NCBI RefSeq assembly: GCF_009914755.1
Contig: NC_060925.1
Direction: 5' to 3' (one strand)
Origin: the human T2T-CHM13v2.0 reference genome, Homo sapiens
DNA: 64,000 nucleotides
Part shown: in pieces, positions 10,853 to 25,100 of the stretch
Layout: every line of letters begins with the position of its first letter
Position numbering within the stretch: position 1 is the stretch's first letter
Program-made: the position numbers and the translations under genes
Notes under the pieces: generated by a model
Told to the model about the DNA's origin: nothing
Database searches by the model: none
The model's input: the letters and a program-made list of their open reading frames with translations, nothing else

Positions 10853-11300
10853 CGAAGAAAGATATATAGAAAAGAGCCAAATCTAAAAAAAGAGGAAGAA
10901 GGAGGAAGAGAAGAAAGAAGAAGGAGGAAGAGAAGAAAGAAGAAGGAGGAAGAGAAGAAAGAAGAAGGAGGAGGAGGAGGAGGAGAAGAGGAAGGAAGGA
11001 AGGAAGGAAGGGAGGGAGGGAGGGAGGGAGGGAGGGAAAGAGAAAGAAAAAGAAAGCAAGAGAGAGAGAGAAAGAAAGAAAAAGAAAGGAAGGAAGGAAG
11101 GGAAAGAGAAAGAAAAAGAAAGAAAGAAAGAGAGAGAAAGAAAGAAAGAAAGAAAAAGAAAGAAAGGAAGGAAGAAAGAAAGAAAGAAAGGAAAGAAAGA
11201 AAGAAAAAGAGAAGGAAGAGGAGAAGGAGAGAAGGAAGGAAGGAGGGAGGGAGAAAGAAAGAGAGAGAAAAAATAGGAAGGAAGGAAAGAGAGAGAGGAG
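10853..11300 (+). repeat. Polypurine (GA-rich) compound microsatellite
   Basis: About 420 nt of almost pure A/G built from (GAA), (GGA), (GGAA), (GGGA) and (GAAA) blocks. Confidence 0.97.
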
Positions 11301-12258
11301 TATTTTGACACCTACTGTCACTTCTGGGCTGAGGTTTTAACCGAGACTAGGTGCCATGTATTCACTTACTCATTAAATGTTCTTTGAACACCAAATCAAC
11401 ATGAAGCCAGAATTATGTTAGACTGAGTGTGGGGTGAGGTGTCTGATGGATATTTTACAGGGCATCATTTCAGCCTTTTGGAGTTCATTTTATTGTAACA
11501 TAAAACTACTTGGTAAAAGTGTAAGGATATATAATTTTTATTTAATGAATGATATAAATATTAAATGCTATAATTATTCATAAAAAGAGAAGAGAGAGAA
11601 CAACTGGGGAAGGCAGGCATTGAACTAAGACAGAAGTGACTTGAATATTTCAATCTAGAGGATATAAACTTTGGTGCAACTGGAGAAAGCAAGTATTGAA
11701 CAGATACCTAAAGTACTAGAAGGTGTCACTCTCTGAAGCGTAGTTAAGTCGAGGTTCTAAGCAGGTGGGCTAAAATCCTAGGGTTGAGGCTTGTTCATGG
11801 GGCATTAAAGAAACTAATTTCTACCAGATGGTGTTTTGGAGTCCTAACGGATAAGATAGTTAAAAGACTCGAATGTCATGACTATGTGATGTAGCCCTTG
11901 GACATTTTCTAAGCTTCATAAGCACAATCAGTGACATAAGGAAGAAATAATTAATAGTAGAAACAAAATTCTTCATTAAGTTCCCTAAGAATCTAAAGAA
12001 AAACAAAATGAAGAGCCAAAATAATGGCCCATATTTAGGTTTTCTTCTACTTTTTCATATATGGCCATTTTCCAATAATTTGCAAAAATGCTTCAGAACT
12101 TCAAATAAACCTCGGACTACATACATTAGCCTATGTCTCAGTTTGGTTCTCCCAAGCTTGGTATATCAGTACTGCTCAGAATTCAACTGATAAAGACACG
12201 TCGTGGACATATTTGTGTCATCTTTTCATTTCTCTATCATTTTTAAAGTGGGAGACCT

Positions 12259-12558
12259 GGCTGGGTGTGGTAGCTCATGCCTGTAACCCCAGCACTTTGG
12301 GAGGCCAAGGTGGGCAGATCATAAGGTCAGGAGTTCGAGACCAGCCTGACCAACGTGGCGAAACCCTGTCTCTACTAAAAGTACAAAAATTAGCCAGGTG
12401 TGGTGGTGCACACCTGTAATCCTAGCTACTCAGGAGGCTGAGGAAGGAGAATCACTTGAATCTGAGAGGCAGAGGTTGCAATGAGCTAGATCATGCCATT
12501 GCATTCCAGCCTGGGCAATAGAGTGAGACTCCATCTCAAAATAAAAATAAAAATAAAA
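12259..12558 (+). mobile_element. AluS (Sg-like)
   Basis: Full dimer with (A4-5T)n tail; TSD tgggagacct at 12249-12258 and 12559-12568. Confidence 0.95.
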
Positions 12559-14529
12559 TGGGAGACCTAAAATTGTTTGTCAAAGCACACAATATTTTTT
12601 TTCTAATTTTACATTGTTCTTCTTGCCAAAAAAAGAAACTTTTTTTTCACTATACTCTCCATAGTTCTTAGGGAATGACCATACTTTCTTGGTGACTCTT
12701 ATTCCTGAATTCTCTATATTAACAACTCTCTAGGCCACAGCCATGACTCAGTCAGGCCTCAGAATACGGTTTTGTGCCTAGAATACTTTTAATGGCTCAT
12801 TTACACTTTAACAGTAAGACTTAACATGAATGATTCCTAGGTTGCAGAGGAAAAGGGACAAAACATCATTTTTCTCTCAGACTCAAGCTTAGTGTTGGCT
12901 GCCAAGGGAAACTGGCCCTACCCAGTTTCCCTTGGAACTCTGTGTAAACAGCTTGAAGCCAGGGGGAATCAACTAATCCTGGCTAGTAAGATCAAGGGTT
13001 ATGTCCTTACTCTGGGAATGCTAGCCTGCTCTGGTTATAATCTTACATAGATGAGGTGATAGATCCAATATTATTATATGAATGCCTGCTTCTTCCTTGT
13101 GGGTGGGAAAAAAAATCAGGGAGGAGGAACAAAAGAATAAAAATAAAATAAAAGCAGGAGTGAATAAGCAGAAACAAAGTTAAATATGAAGAAAAAAGAA
13201 CAAATGAGAAGACAGGTAAACACAAAATTATAACTAAATTCTAAAAAAAATAAAAAGAATGGTTGAAATGGAAATAATGATGCTCCTAGCAGTGTTGAGC
13301 ACTGCTACTTTTTTCTCCTACTTAAACCACCATTGACACCTTTGCAAAAGTTGCTATCTTTTCCAAAGTTAAATGTAATTTATCTTAAGGGCACCTTACT
13401 GGTTAATACATCTTTACAATAAACACTCTGCAAAGTGTAAAAAAACTGAAGAAATAAATTGAAGTGGCTTTTAGTAGTGGCTGGGGGTACCAGATTGACA
13501 GCTTTGGAAATTGATGACTTCTTTTTCTCCCAAGAATAGATACAGCTTGATAAACAGAGGTGTAAGATTCCCCCAACTACTTCTCCAATACACCTTCACC
13601 CTGACAAAGTAATGGCTGCAAGGAGGAAAGAGCAAGTCACCTTTTCCAGCCAGTTCTCTGCAGATACTGCTCAGGAACTGCCATTTAGCACCAAGGTGAT
13701 AGGAGTATTTTCCTTACTACCAGCAACACAGAGACAATTCACTTATTTCACTTGGAACAGTGAACAGTCAAATCAGATAGTGATAACTTTTAACTACCCT
13801 GAACTCTGCCGGATTCAACGCACTGAACTTAAACCGAAAGCTAACTTGAGTTTCCCATTTCAATTTCCCACATCCATTTAGTCCCCTAACAGTCCCCAGC
13901 ACTAAATCAGGTAATGCAGTATAGTGTAGCTATTTTATCTGGCTCTCCCAAAGTTATTTGAAATGAGTACTCTGCCATCCATGAAATCAAATGAATCTCA
14001 GGAACATTTCTATTTATGTGGTGTGAGGGGGATCTTTCAAAAGAGAAAGGAAAAGCATAAAAAAGGATGGAATGTTTCCAAGAGAACAAGTAACATGTAT
14101 TTTCCTTTCCAAAAGAAAAGCAGCAACTATGTATGAAAAATTGAGGTGCATAAGTTAAAGTGGAGTCTTAACATTATTTATTTATGTGCCTAACTTAAGA
14201 ACCACTAAAGTCGTCTTCATCACATAACCCTAAAATGAACAGAGACCAGTATAACATGACTTTCAGATTTTCTTCAGTAGATGTTAGAAAACATATGCTT
14301 TGTTAATCTTATACTTCTCCTAAATAATCATGCACAGCTTTCATTTGTTCCAGGAGTCATTCAAGCATATAAGAGTTCCATTAAGTTGAAACCTCCTGTA
14401 TCTGGTTATTTTCCTGGAGTTGTAAACCTGCTGCCACCAAGTTGGTAGTTTTCTTATGTTAACAGCAAGAACGGAAAAAAAAAATGCCAGTTAGAAAAGA
14501 GCTGTTCCATCTTCAGTCTCTTCCATTAA

Positions 14530-14840
<311 letters not shown>

Positions 14841-15559
14841 TGCATTTACTTTTAAAACAATTTTAAACACTTACAATGTTTTCAAGGCAGAAAGCACTCA
14901 CCCATCAGTCTGCAGTTCTCACTTATTGTTCCCTCAATTATTTTAATTCCTCTTCCTGGCTCTCTTCTCTCCTTGCATCTCAGAGCAAATCTCCAAACTT
15001 CTGTGCCTCATGGGCCTTCAACTGGTTTTCCTACACATTTCAAACCTTGTCTTGTCTTCGCTCATCTGTTAATTCATTCATTCCTTTATTCATTCATTTA
15101 CTTAACAGACATTTACCTAACATTTCCTGAGTCTTCACTTGTCCTACATACATGTGGAATCAAATCCAAGAATAAATATTTTGCAGTGGAAAAAGCAGTA
15201 GAACAAAAGTCCTGAACTCTAGTGTCATTGCTATGATTCATCAATTATGCGACCTTCAGCAGGTCACTTTTTTCCTATACATACCTCTAATAATAGGAGT
15301 TTGGCTATGTCATGTCTACGATCCTTTATAGCTCTGAAATTCTACAATTTTATCACCACCCCAGTAGCTCAGCGCAAATAAATTCATGCATCTGTGTTAA
15401 TAACTTTGAGGTACCCATTCCAAAATGTTTACATTTTCAATGGTTGAATTATAAGGGCTCTCCAAAGGGAAGTTAGAAAATCCTAACTGATATTTTTGGC
15501 ATGTTAGTGGGCTAATGGAGGAGTATTTGAGAAGAGCAAATTTCATTTAGGAGATCAGT

Positions 15560-16977
15560 CTTGCCTACCAGTGTATTTGCTGTCTACATTTCATCTCCTT
15601 TCATTCTCCCCTTTACCCACTTCAAGTAGGCTGTTACTTCCACATATCCATTGAAACTACTGCCATCAATGTCACCAAGTGACTTCCAGAGTTAAACCCA
15701 GTAGTCAATTGGTATTCCTCAACATATTTGTCCTGTCTTCAGTATTTGACATATTTGATCACCTCCTCCTTAATATACTTTCTTCATTTACCATCTGTGA
15801 CTCACACACTTCTCTACCTACTGGTCACTTCTCAGTTTGCTTTGCTAGTTCTTCCTCTTCACTGCTTCCTCTTCACTTAGTGTTGATGTGCCTCAAGCAC
15901 TGAGTTTTGGGTCCTATTCTCTATCTGAACGTAATTCCTTAATAATCTTACCCAACTCTTTGGCTTTAAACTCCATCTATGTGCCAAATACTCTCACATT
16001 TATGTCTCTAGCCAAGACACTTTCCTAAACTCAAGACCTGCACATCCAGATCACCAGCAGACCCCTAAAAAAAGGACTCATGACATTCTTGCCCAAACCT
16101 AATCCAACTAGTTCAGCTGATAGAAGCTCCATATTTTCAGATATTTACCAAAAAAAGAAATATTTGGGGACATCCTTGGTCCCTTTATTTCTCTCATATC
16201 CTACATCTAATCCATTAGGACCTTGGCTCTAGGTTAAAAATATATCAGAATTTAATCACTTCTCAAGTCTAATGCCACCCTCCTGCTACGCACCATTACT
16301 GTCTCTCCCCTGGATAGCTATAATAGCTTTCTAAGAGGTCTCTCTGTTTCTTCCACCCTTGCTCCCTTAGAATTTGTAATCAACACGGAAGTCAGAGTGG
16401 TCTTTTAAAGACACTAACTCAAATCCTCTGATGGACCACCAAAGTCTTCACAATAGCCCATGAGGCCTTACATCATCTGGCCCTCCATACTCTTCTGATT
16501 TCATCTCTTACTCTCCACTTTGCTCCCTCTGCTCTAGTCACACAGGCCTCCTTACCTCAAATATGAGAGGCATAGCTTTGGTGCTAGCTCTCCTTCTGCC
16601 TGCATACATTTATGTGACTAACTCCCTCACCTTCTTCAAGTTTTTGCTCAGTTCTCATCTTTCCAATGAATCCTATCCTGACCATCCTATTTAATCTGCA
16701 AACTGCCCCCCAAGCATTCCTCATCCCTGTGACCCTGATTTACCCTTTTGTCCTATAGCAGTTATCATCTTCAAATGTTCTACATAACTTACCTGTTATA
16801 TTTATTGCTTATTTTCTGTCTCCTCATGCTAGAATGTAAGCCACAGGAGGGCAGGAATCTTTTTTTCTTTGTTTGTTCATTGATGTCTTCCAAGTACCTG
16901 GGAACTGTCCCAGGCACCTTATAAGTGCTTAATATTTCTTAAATGGATTAATAAATCAATAAGCAAACGGATGAATG
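15560..16977 (+). mobile_element. L2 (L2a-like) LINE, ~1.4 kb including 3' end
   Basis: ccattgaaactactgccatcaatgtcaccaagtgac..cagtatttgacatatttgatcac (RT remnant) through ctagaatgtaagccacaggagggcagg..gtgcttaatatt..gaatg tail. Confidence 0.9.
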
Positions 16978-18139
16978 GGGCATGGTCCTGTAGCTATCAG
17001 ATTACAACCAACAACATGAGAAGCTACATATGAAATGTGTAAAGCCTCACTTTAATTATCCAATCAATGCCCAATTCTGCTGCTGCTTTTTGATCATTCC
17101 TGACGGAGAGATGGTCTTTGGAGTTCATGTCTCTCCATTGTGGAAACCCTTGACCTTTCACCCATCAGAACCTCAAAACAAAACATACCTTGGGTTGGAG
17201 AGATATAAACAGCTCTAGACCCATCCTGGGTGATTTACAATAAAGCCTATAAAATAACTACCTCACATTTCTGCTATAAGACATGTAAATGAGAAGAGTA
17301 ATACCTAACAGTTATTGAGCTCTATGTGCCAGACATTATCCTAAGGTTTCACAAGTATAAATTCATTTCTTCCTTGCAACAACCCCTAACTCCTGACCTC
17401 ACGTCTCTCTCCTAATTATTGGGTGAGTTCCCTCTGGACAACACTCAGAAAGTAACAAAAAAATGCAATAGGTCAGAAGGGATGACTTGAAACTAAGGAA
17501 GTAAACCATAGCCCTTAACATTTCTAAAGAAAAATGTTATCTCTGTCAAACACAGCTGCCATATCTCCATGAAGCCATGTTGAGGAAATATTTATGTTGA
17601 CACATTGAAGGTCAAATATTCAAGGGTAATTAGATCTCTCCAAGGTGAATTATGGAGATGGCCTAGTTAGAAATAAATATAGACTTTTTGCTGTCCAGCC
17701 ATAAATCGGTAGTAGCCCGCCAAATGCACTTAAGCACGTTTATAAGTATTTTTGCTCATAGTTTAATTAATTATTTTACATATTTCCTATTACTAGAATT
17801 TTACAAAAATGATTAGCTGACAAAAAATTTTACTAGCTTGACCATACTCATCTCAGTATCATTTCAAAGAGCTTTTTATTATCCTACTTTCCCATCTCCA
17901 TAAACCCAAGAAAGAACTCTTAACTAACATTCTTGAAGTCAACCTCTACCTGCTGCTAATCATGTTCATCTTCTGAAAGTTGAAGACCTTCATTTCCCCA
18001 GTTAGCTTCATCAATTCACCCAGCATACATTTATTAAATGCATATTGAAATGCAGGCATAGTTCTAACAACAAAGAAACATAACCCACAGTCTCTCAATC
18101 AGAGAACTTAGTGTCTAATAGTAAAGGGGAAACCAATAC

Positions 18140-18610
18140 AGTGAAAAAAGTTTCATATACAAACCTGAATGTCCATAAAAAGGGGACTAGATAAATAAGA
18201 TATTTATGTTCATGAAATGGAATACTACACAGCACTTAAAATGAATTTAAATGAATAAATTAGATTTAAATGTATCGATATTACTCTTTTATAAAAATTG
18301 AGTAAAAAACAAGTTTTCAAAATGCAAATGCAGTATTTACACTGTTTTCTTACAAAATGTCATTTTGTATCACAAATATGTGAATATATAACAAAAAATG
18401 AAAAACATAGACTTGAAGGTTAGGCACCAAATTCAAATTAGTTGTTGCCGCAGGGGAGGCAGGAGGCAAGTGGAATTGGAAAGTGTATAAAGTAGACTTC
18501 AATTTGATCAGTAGGGAACTAATTATTTATATAAGAAAAATACTTAAAGCCAATTTTTTTAATGGTAAATTGCATCATTTGGGGGTAGTAGTTTACATAG
18601 TACTTTCCTA
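18140..18610 (+). mobile_element. L1ME-type 3' fragment
   Basis: caaacctgaatgtccataaaaaggggactagataaataa..atggaatactacacagca..; ancient L1 3' end. Confidence 0.7.
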
Positions 18611-21600
18611 TAATTTAACTTTTTTTCCAAATGTCTTACAAATGTATAAATGAGAGAGAGAGAGAGAGGTCACACTCAAAATACTACTCACAATAGAAGG
18701 AAGTCCCAAAGGCTACAGGGATTAGGCCAGTTAGGTCGGCAGGTGCCACATGAGCAGCGCAGTAAGAAGGGTGAGAAGTTACACTGGGGAGAGACTAGAA
18801 GCTGGGAGCGCTCCTGGAAGCCTCCCTAAGAATACTAGACTTGAGATAAGCATGAAGGATGACTAAAAGCTGCACAGACTGAGATGAGCAAAGAAGGTAT
18901 TCCAAGAAGGAGAAACAGCCAATACAGAAAAGAATATGGAGCATTTTGCAGAGATGGAGCCTCAAGACACAGTCGAGAGTCTGCATTTTAATTTTGCTAT
19001 TTACTAGCTTGGTGAATGCGGGAGGGTCACCTGATCTCTCTGAAATTGTTTCTCCAACTTGAACGTGGGGTAATACTATATTCTTGGCTGCATTATTGCA
19101 CAGGCTAGAGAAAATGTAAACAAAGATACCTAACAAAGAGTAACATAGTAATTGCTCAGAAATTAAGATAATGATTAAGGATTATTAGCTGGGACTAAGA
19201 CTCAGGTCTCCTGATTTCCTGAGTTAATGATCTTTTCATAACAGCACACTGCTGATTTTGTAATTAGCATTATTCTAATTTCATGTGGCCAAAATTTCAC
19301 AATAATACACAAAGGGATCTCAGTGGAGTACTGGGCAATTCACTGGATCTGATATGAAAAATACCTCTCTTTTCTCACCCGCTCAACAGCTCCAGACTCC
19401 ATCTTTTACTCAAGACTGTTAGTTGTTCTGTGAGGCCTAGCATATCTGATTATTTCATATGTCCTATCAATGACCTTGAAACAATCAAAGCTGAAATTTT
19501 GGTAAATTGGCTTTCCAATTATTGAGCCAGCTGCTGGCTGAAATTTGGAATACCAAATTTGTCTCACCCAGGAAGTTAAAATAGGAGTGTTACATGTTGA
19601 ATTAACTGGCTTTCATTTGCTTACAGAAAACATAAGTATGCACAACTTTAGTCACATTGCTGTTATTGATCAAGTATTCACAGAGTTCCTCAATAGACTC
19701 TAACATACTTTTAATGTTATTAAATTTGTTAAGAAAATAAGTTTAAATAGCTTTAAAACAGAAAGGGGAAAAAAAAACTTCTGAGACTTAAAATGCCACG
19801 TTGTGTGAATAGTACATACTACTCTGAAAGTCCTTACGACTCTTTGGTGAGATCCAATTATCAGTAAAGGAAGGCTGCATCCACATGATTCTCAAACATG
19901 ACACTTCCTCCAAAGCAGACTGATGGTCCCTTGCCACTCTACTGAGCCAGCTGCAGCATGTTCTAAGCCCAAATTTGGGCAATTAAGTTATTTTTCTCAA
20001 TGAGGTTTTAGCAACCATTATCACTATCCCAGAAAGTGGTCCTTTCTTAGAGATAAATTGCAATGGAAAACTATGCTTCTCTCTCAGCACGTATTTCCAA
20101 ATTTCATTGCTCTGCATGAAGGAAAAGAAGCATATGTTGCTTCTCAACATCACTCACTTTAAATAACTGAGAAAGATGGGGTTGTTTCAGCCACAGGAGC
20201 AATTGACATGCACCATCCAGAAATCTTTTGTCTGACAGCCTCAGCTAAATACGCCACAAATTTGCATTGATAACACTTTGTTTTTGTGCTCCATACCTCT
20301 GCCACTACTACCATTCCCACCGCCACCAACCCTTCCAGGTGATTTCAGGGCTCTTCCATCTACCATCCCTCTTCCATACCTTTTCCTTCTCCCAAAGAAC
20401 AAAGAAACAACTCGTTGATTTTTATCAAGGTTAATTAATAATATTTACTAAAAGTACAAATTTCAGCACATTGTTTTTGGTTTGCAGTAGGGTTGTCAAA
20501 AAAGGAATTTGAAATGAACTAAGACAACATCTCAGCCCTTCAGGAAAAACATGCACAAAACTACAGCCAGGGTTGGTTCTAGTAGTTGGCATTTGGATCT
20601 ACAGTCTAGTCAAGACATCCAGATAGAAGATAGGCCAGGAATCAGCAATTCCCTTAACACTATGTCCTTCCAAAGCACACTAGAGGACAAAGAGGGGTGG
20701 TAAATTGCTTTCCTCTAACTGCTCTAAAGAGAAGTATAACCCATCCCTGAGATTATTGGTGTAGTGTCTCCTATGGTTATACAACCTCCCAACAATTATA
20801 GGTAAGAAATAAATGAAGATAGGAAAAGCCTCAACTTTCTTTTCATTTTCTACTTTTGAAAAATTCTAAAATTAAAGGAATCTTTTTCTTTAAGAGAAGT
20901 AGAGACCAATAGGCCCAGTACATCTACTGATGCTTTGAAGGTAACATTTTGGTGTTCATCCCCAAAGACAGGCTGGTGTAGAAATCTATTGGACTTCCAT
21001 TAGCCATCACAGTTTTTCATTTTATTTTTTGATTAACTTTTTCATGCATAGCTGAAAAACACTAAACAGAATGAAAGGCAAGTGACTGTAATTAGACTAG
21101 ATTGCCCAAGGCCAGAGAAAAAGAGAGGCAAATCCTGTAATTCAGCTCCTAAGTAACATCCTCCACATGATAGAGTTGCATCATACATTTTTAAATCAGG
21201 CTTTTAAAGTTTTGCATGCATACATTGAAATGAAAAAGTGTTTCTGTTGGGAAAATATAATTTGCATCAAGGTTTTCATTGCCTCTTAAATACACCTTTC
21301 CTCCAAATTTTAAAACATACAGTACCTAGAGATATGTTGAGGCAGGAAGGGAAGGAAAAATATGAAAAGATGAAAAAGGATAATAAAAGTTGCATCTGTG
21401 AATACAGTTTTTCAAAAACACTATTCATTAGTACACAGATTAAAATATAAAATGGACTAAGTCATATTCTCTGGGTTGGCAAATAAAAAACTAGGTGTTA
21501 TATGTTTATTATGTGGAAGACCAAGTGTTATATGTATATTTTGTGGGTTACATACCCATGTTTTAAAAAGCCTGATTTAAACAAAATATGCTTTAATTTT

Positions 21601-21649
21601 GCAAAGGTTTTCATGTTATCTTTATGGTCAAGATGTAAAAATGTAGACT

Positions 21650-21990
21650 AAATGGTAGAATAACTGAACGAATGTACCCAAGGCAGATCAGTGTCATCCT
21701 GGAGTAAGGTTTTTCATGGGTGACACAGCTCTCCACCTTTATACCATCTGCATATGTAAAATAATAAGCTTAGCTAATTAGTAACAAGTGCACAAAGGGA
21801 GAGGAATATCTAAGATGGCAAAATGACTGTATTAAGATTGCTGAAGGACACAAGAGGCTAGAAGTATAGGACCAAACTTACAAAATATAATTTAGTGAGG
21901 ATAAAAGTATAGGTCTACATTGGGATCAAACGCACAGGCACAAAATTAGAAAAATGATAGATAACCAGAGCTAGGGTCCTTATGAAAAAA
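21650..21990 (+). mobile_element. L3/CR1 LINE fragment
   Basis: aggctagaagtataggaccaaacttacaaaatataatttagtgaggataaaagtataggtctacattgggatcaaa resembles the CR1 RT C-terminal LE.WA..N.M.FN.DKCKVLHLG segment. Confidence 0.65.
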
Positions 21991-22029
21991 AGGCCCAAAT
22001 ATAAAATTAGAGAATACCTATGCTTTGAA

Positions 22030-22190
22030 TCAGGTTAACTCCCTTGTCTCCCTCTGTTTTCTCATCTGAAAACTGGCCATAACAGTATCTGCCTCTCAAG
22101 ATTGCCAGGCAGTTTAAATGAAATAACCTATGAAACAGTCTTACAGCAGTCCATGTGCACAGAGGTATTCTGAGCCCACACACTGTGTCA
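22030..22190 (+). mobile_element. MIR fragment
   Basis: ctctgttttctcatctgaaaactggccataacagtatctgcctctcaagattg..ttaaatgaaataa. Confidence 0.75.
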
Positions 22191-25100
22191 CATCCAGTCA
22201 AGCATTATGATGCCTCCACTGTGCTCAGTGCTGATCAAGTCAATGGAATAAAACCAAAATCAGACCTAGGGGCCTCATTTTTAGAATAACGGAGAAAAGT
22301 CAGAAAACATTTATTGAGCATCCACTTACTTGTCTAACGTCAGGCTCTGGGGATACTCAGGTGAAGCCATCGTCTCTGCTCTCAAAGAGTTCTCAATCCA
22401 GAATCAAATGATGGGATACTTCATCTAGAAAAAGGTGGCCGTGTGTTGATGGCTCAGTAAGCAAAGTCCATGAGAAATAGTTGTCTGAATCATCCTTACA
22501 TCACCCACTGCATCTAACCTAATATTTGCTCTTTGAAGCTACTCAGTAAACACTTTTTGAATGAATGAGTGATTTCAGTTTCACCTGGAAATGAGAAAAG
22601 TTAGGAAAAAAAATGAGAAATTTTTCTTTAATATTTTGAAATTCTAACTTAAGAGAGAATATATGTATATTTGCAGCTCCAGAAAGCAGAACCGAGGCAA
22701 AGGGTTCAGAGGACAGGGAGGCAAATGGATCCTGCTCTTTTATGTTTGTTACTATGTTAAGGACACTGGTTATATTATAAAACTAATCTTTATTTTTGGT
22801 TCTTAATGGCCATATTGTTGTTGCTTTGCCTCCGGGCCTATTGACTAGAATCAAGGTGAAAAGAACAATCCTGAGTTTTCTATCCACAGTTGCATGTAGA
22901 AGCAAAACCAAAGACTTAACACAAAAGGGAAGTAAAACTGTGAAAAGTCCATTTCCAAAATTAACAAATAGAGAAAGCCTGAAAACCATATACCCCAGGG
23001 CTCCATTACATCTTCAAGTAAAACCAGGATCTAACTTTTGGCTCAGAAGTTTCCATCCCAGGCCACTTCAGCCGCAAAACATTTCAATTCTATTATTTAA
23101 GGAATGGTTTGAAATATCCCCCAATTCAGCTTAACACCTCCCATAGCACATTTCTGCAGAAAATAAGTGCACTGCCAAATGGCCAGCCCTGCCGCAAACA
23201 CAGGTAGAGTAGCTGGGCCAACAGGAGAGGTTACATTTGTTTGGCAACTTCCTCTAGGCTATTAGAGCTGAGACCGCAAGAAGCTAAAATGAGAAGTGTC
23301 TCGCCACTTTTACAGTGAACTAAACAGAATAATACCGAAGAGCGTGGCTCAGGTTCCAGTACCAAAAGCAAAGCAGGAGCAGTGATGTGCCCACCCCCTG
23401 GATGTTCCAGCCCCTCAGCAGGTCACATGCTGAAATGCTTTCTGAGGTCCATGGCTACAACTTGAACCCGTGACCCTCTGAATGAATGCCAGAACCCAGA
23501 CCAGCATGTCACAAACAGCTACTTCAATCCACCTCCCCAGCTTACGTTTAATTAAGTGAACATGATGAAAAATAAATGAGGTTGTACTTAAGCCTTCAAA
23601 GGCCTCCTAACCTTACCTTTCCAGGGGATTTTTGGCTAGTTGGCTCTACTCTCCTGCTACCTCCATTTGCCACAAGCTGTTATATTACATTTAGGCTCAA
23701 ATCTGCTCAGGCTATAATCCACAATCCATTTTTCATTTAACTTCTAAACGTTAAGAGAAATGGAAACCTCATCAGTAAACATTGTGACAGTTATCTTTTT
23801 AACTGTCATTTATATAAACTTAGGCACATCCCATTCTAAATCACGCTCAGATGAATCAGTTGTTCAAATATAAACATATTTAGCAGAATTCTGTCATTTC
23901 CTCATATGTATATTCATTTGCGAATGACTCACTTCATACATGTTCATAAACCTGAGAAACTATCTTTTGAGTTATTCACAGATTCAGGTGATGATGCCTG
24001 CAGAGTCAAAATCTGACTATGCATGCAGGGCCAGCACTGGGAAAAAAGTAGCCAAAAGTCATAGCTCTGGGATCATTTTAATCTATCTTTGGGTACAAGA
24101 AATGTCACAGAGGTTCACCTGAAATGAAATTATCCCTTTCTCTTAGCTTGTTTCGTACCACCTAATCCTCTAACTCTTTATTAAACATTATCTTTCCCAT
24201 CTGCTCTAGTGAATGTTCAACACCTTGTGGACCAACTCTGGGCTGATTGGTTTTTATGGGCAGCATGAGCTCAGTTTTATGCACATATTTAGGATTATCT
24301 CAAGGACAAAGAGGATGAACAATCCATTAACTGTAATAAGCAACTGCACATCTCAAGGTAGCTACAGCATATATTTGATTTCAAAAGAAGAGACTGAATT
24401 AAAATATGTCTGTCCAGAAACATCTAACCTCCAACACACAGAAACAGCATTTTCTGTTCTCCATGCTCTGGTAAGCGGTACTACTAGAAATCACATCTCA
24501 GTCCCCCTCAATCAGACTTTCCAGCCCTTAAATCTTATTTTAAGATCTGACACTAGAGCAAGAAAAAGATCCTTTTGAAACTACTCTTCCTGATTATCTC
24601 TGGGCAAAGCGTGTAGAGCATGTGTGGACAGACACACTTTTTTTTTTTAAAGGAAAATTCATTGTTATTGCTTTGTGTAGAAAACTTAAATTCTTCACTT
24701 TAGAATTACATGTGTTCCCATTGCTTAAATTTGTAAAATATAAATCATGGAAATTTAGCCAAATACACAGTGTTATCTGAGAAAGCCACTCTATATTGCT
24801 AGCCTGGTTAATTACAGATATTAGAACCACATTACTATTATTTATTTCAATATTTAATTCAATCTAAAGTAATCCACTAAGACCTCATTTCCCTACTTCC
24901 TAATTTAAATGTGAACATTATTGAAAAAGTCTTTGCTTATTTATTTTCATAAGAATTCCTTATAAATGCTTATCTTCTTGCATCTGTTTTATTGATGAGC
25001 TCAGTTCATTTTTTTGGCTAACCTTTCAAACAAAGGTACCTTGCTTTTGCCGTTACTATAAAGTTTATGATCCTGTAATAATAACAATTATGAGGACATC

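Noticed and set aside
10755-11321. Long K/E/R-rich and F/L/S-rich ORFs (142-188 aa)
   Set aside because: Artefacts of the GA microsatellite, which lacks stop codons.
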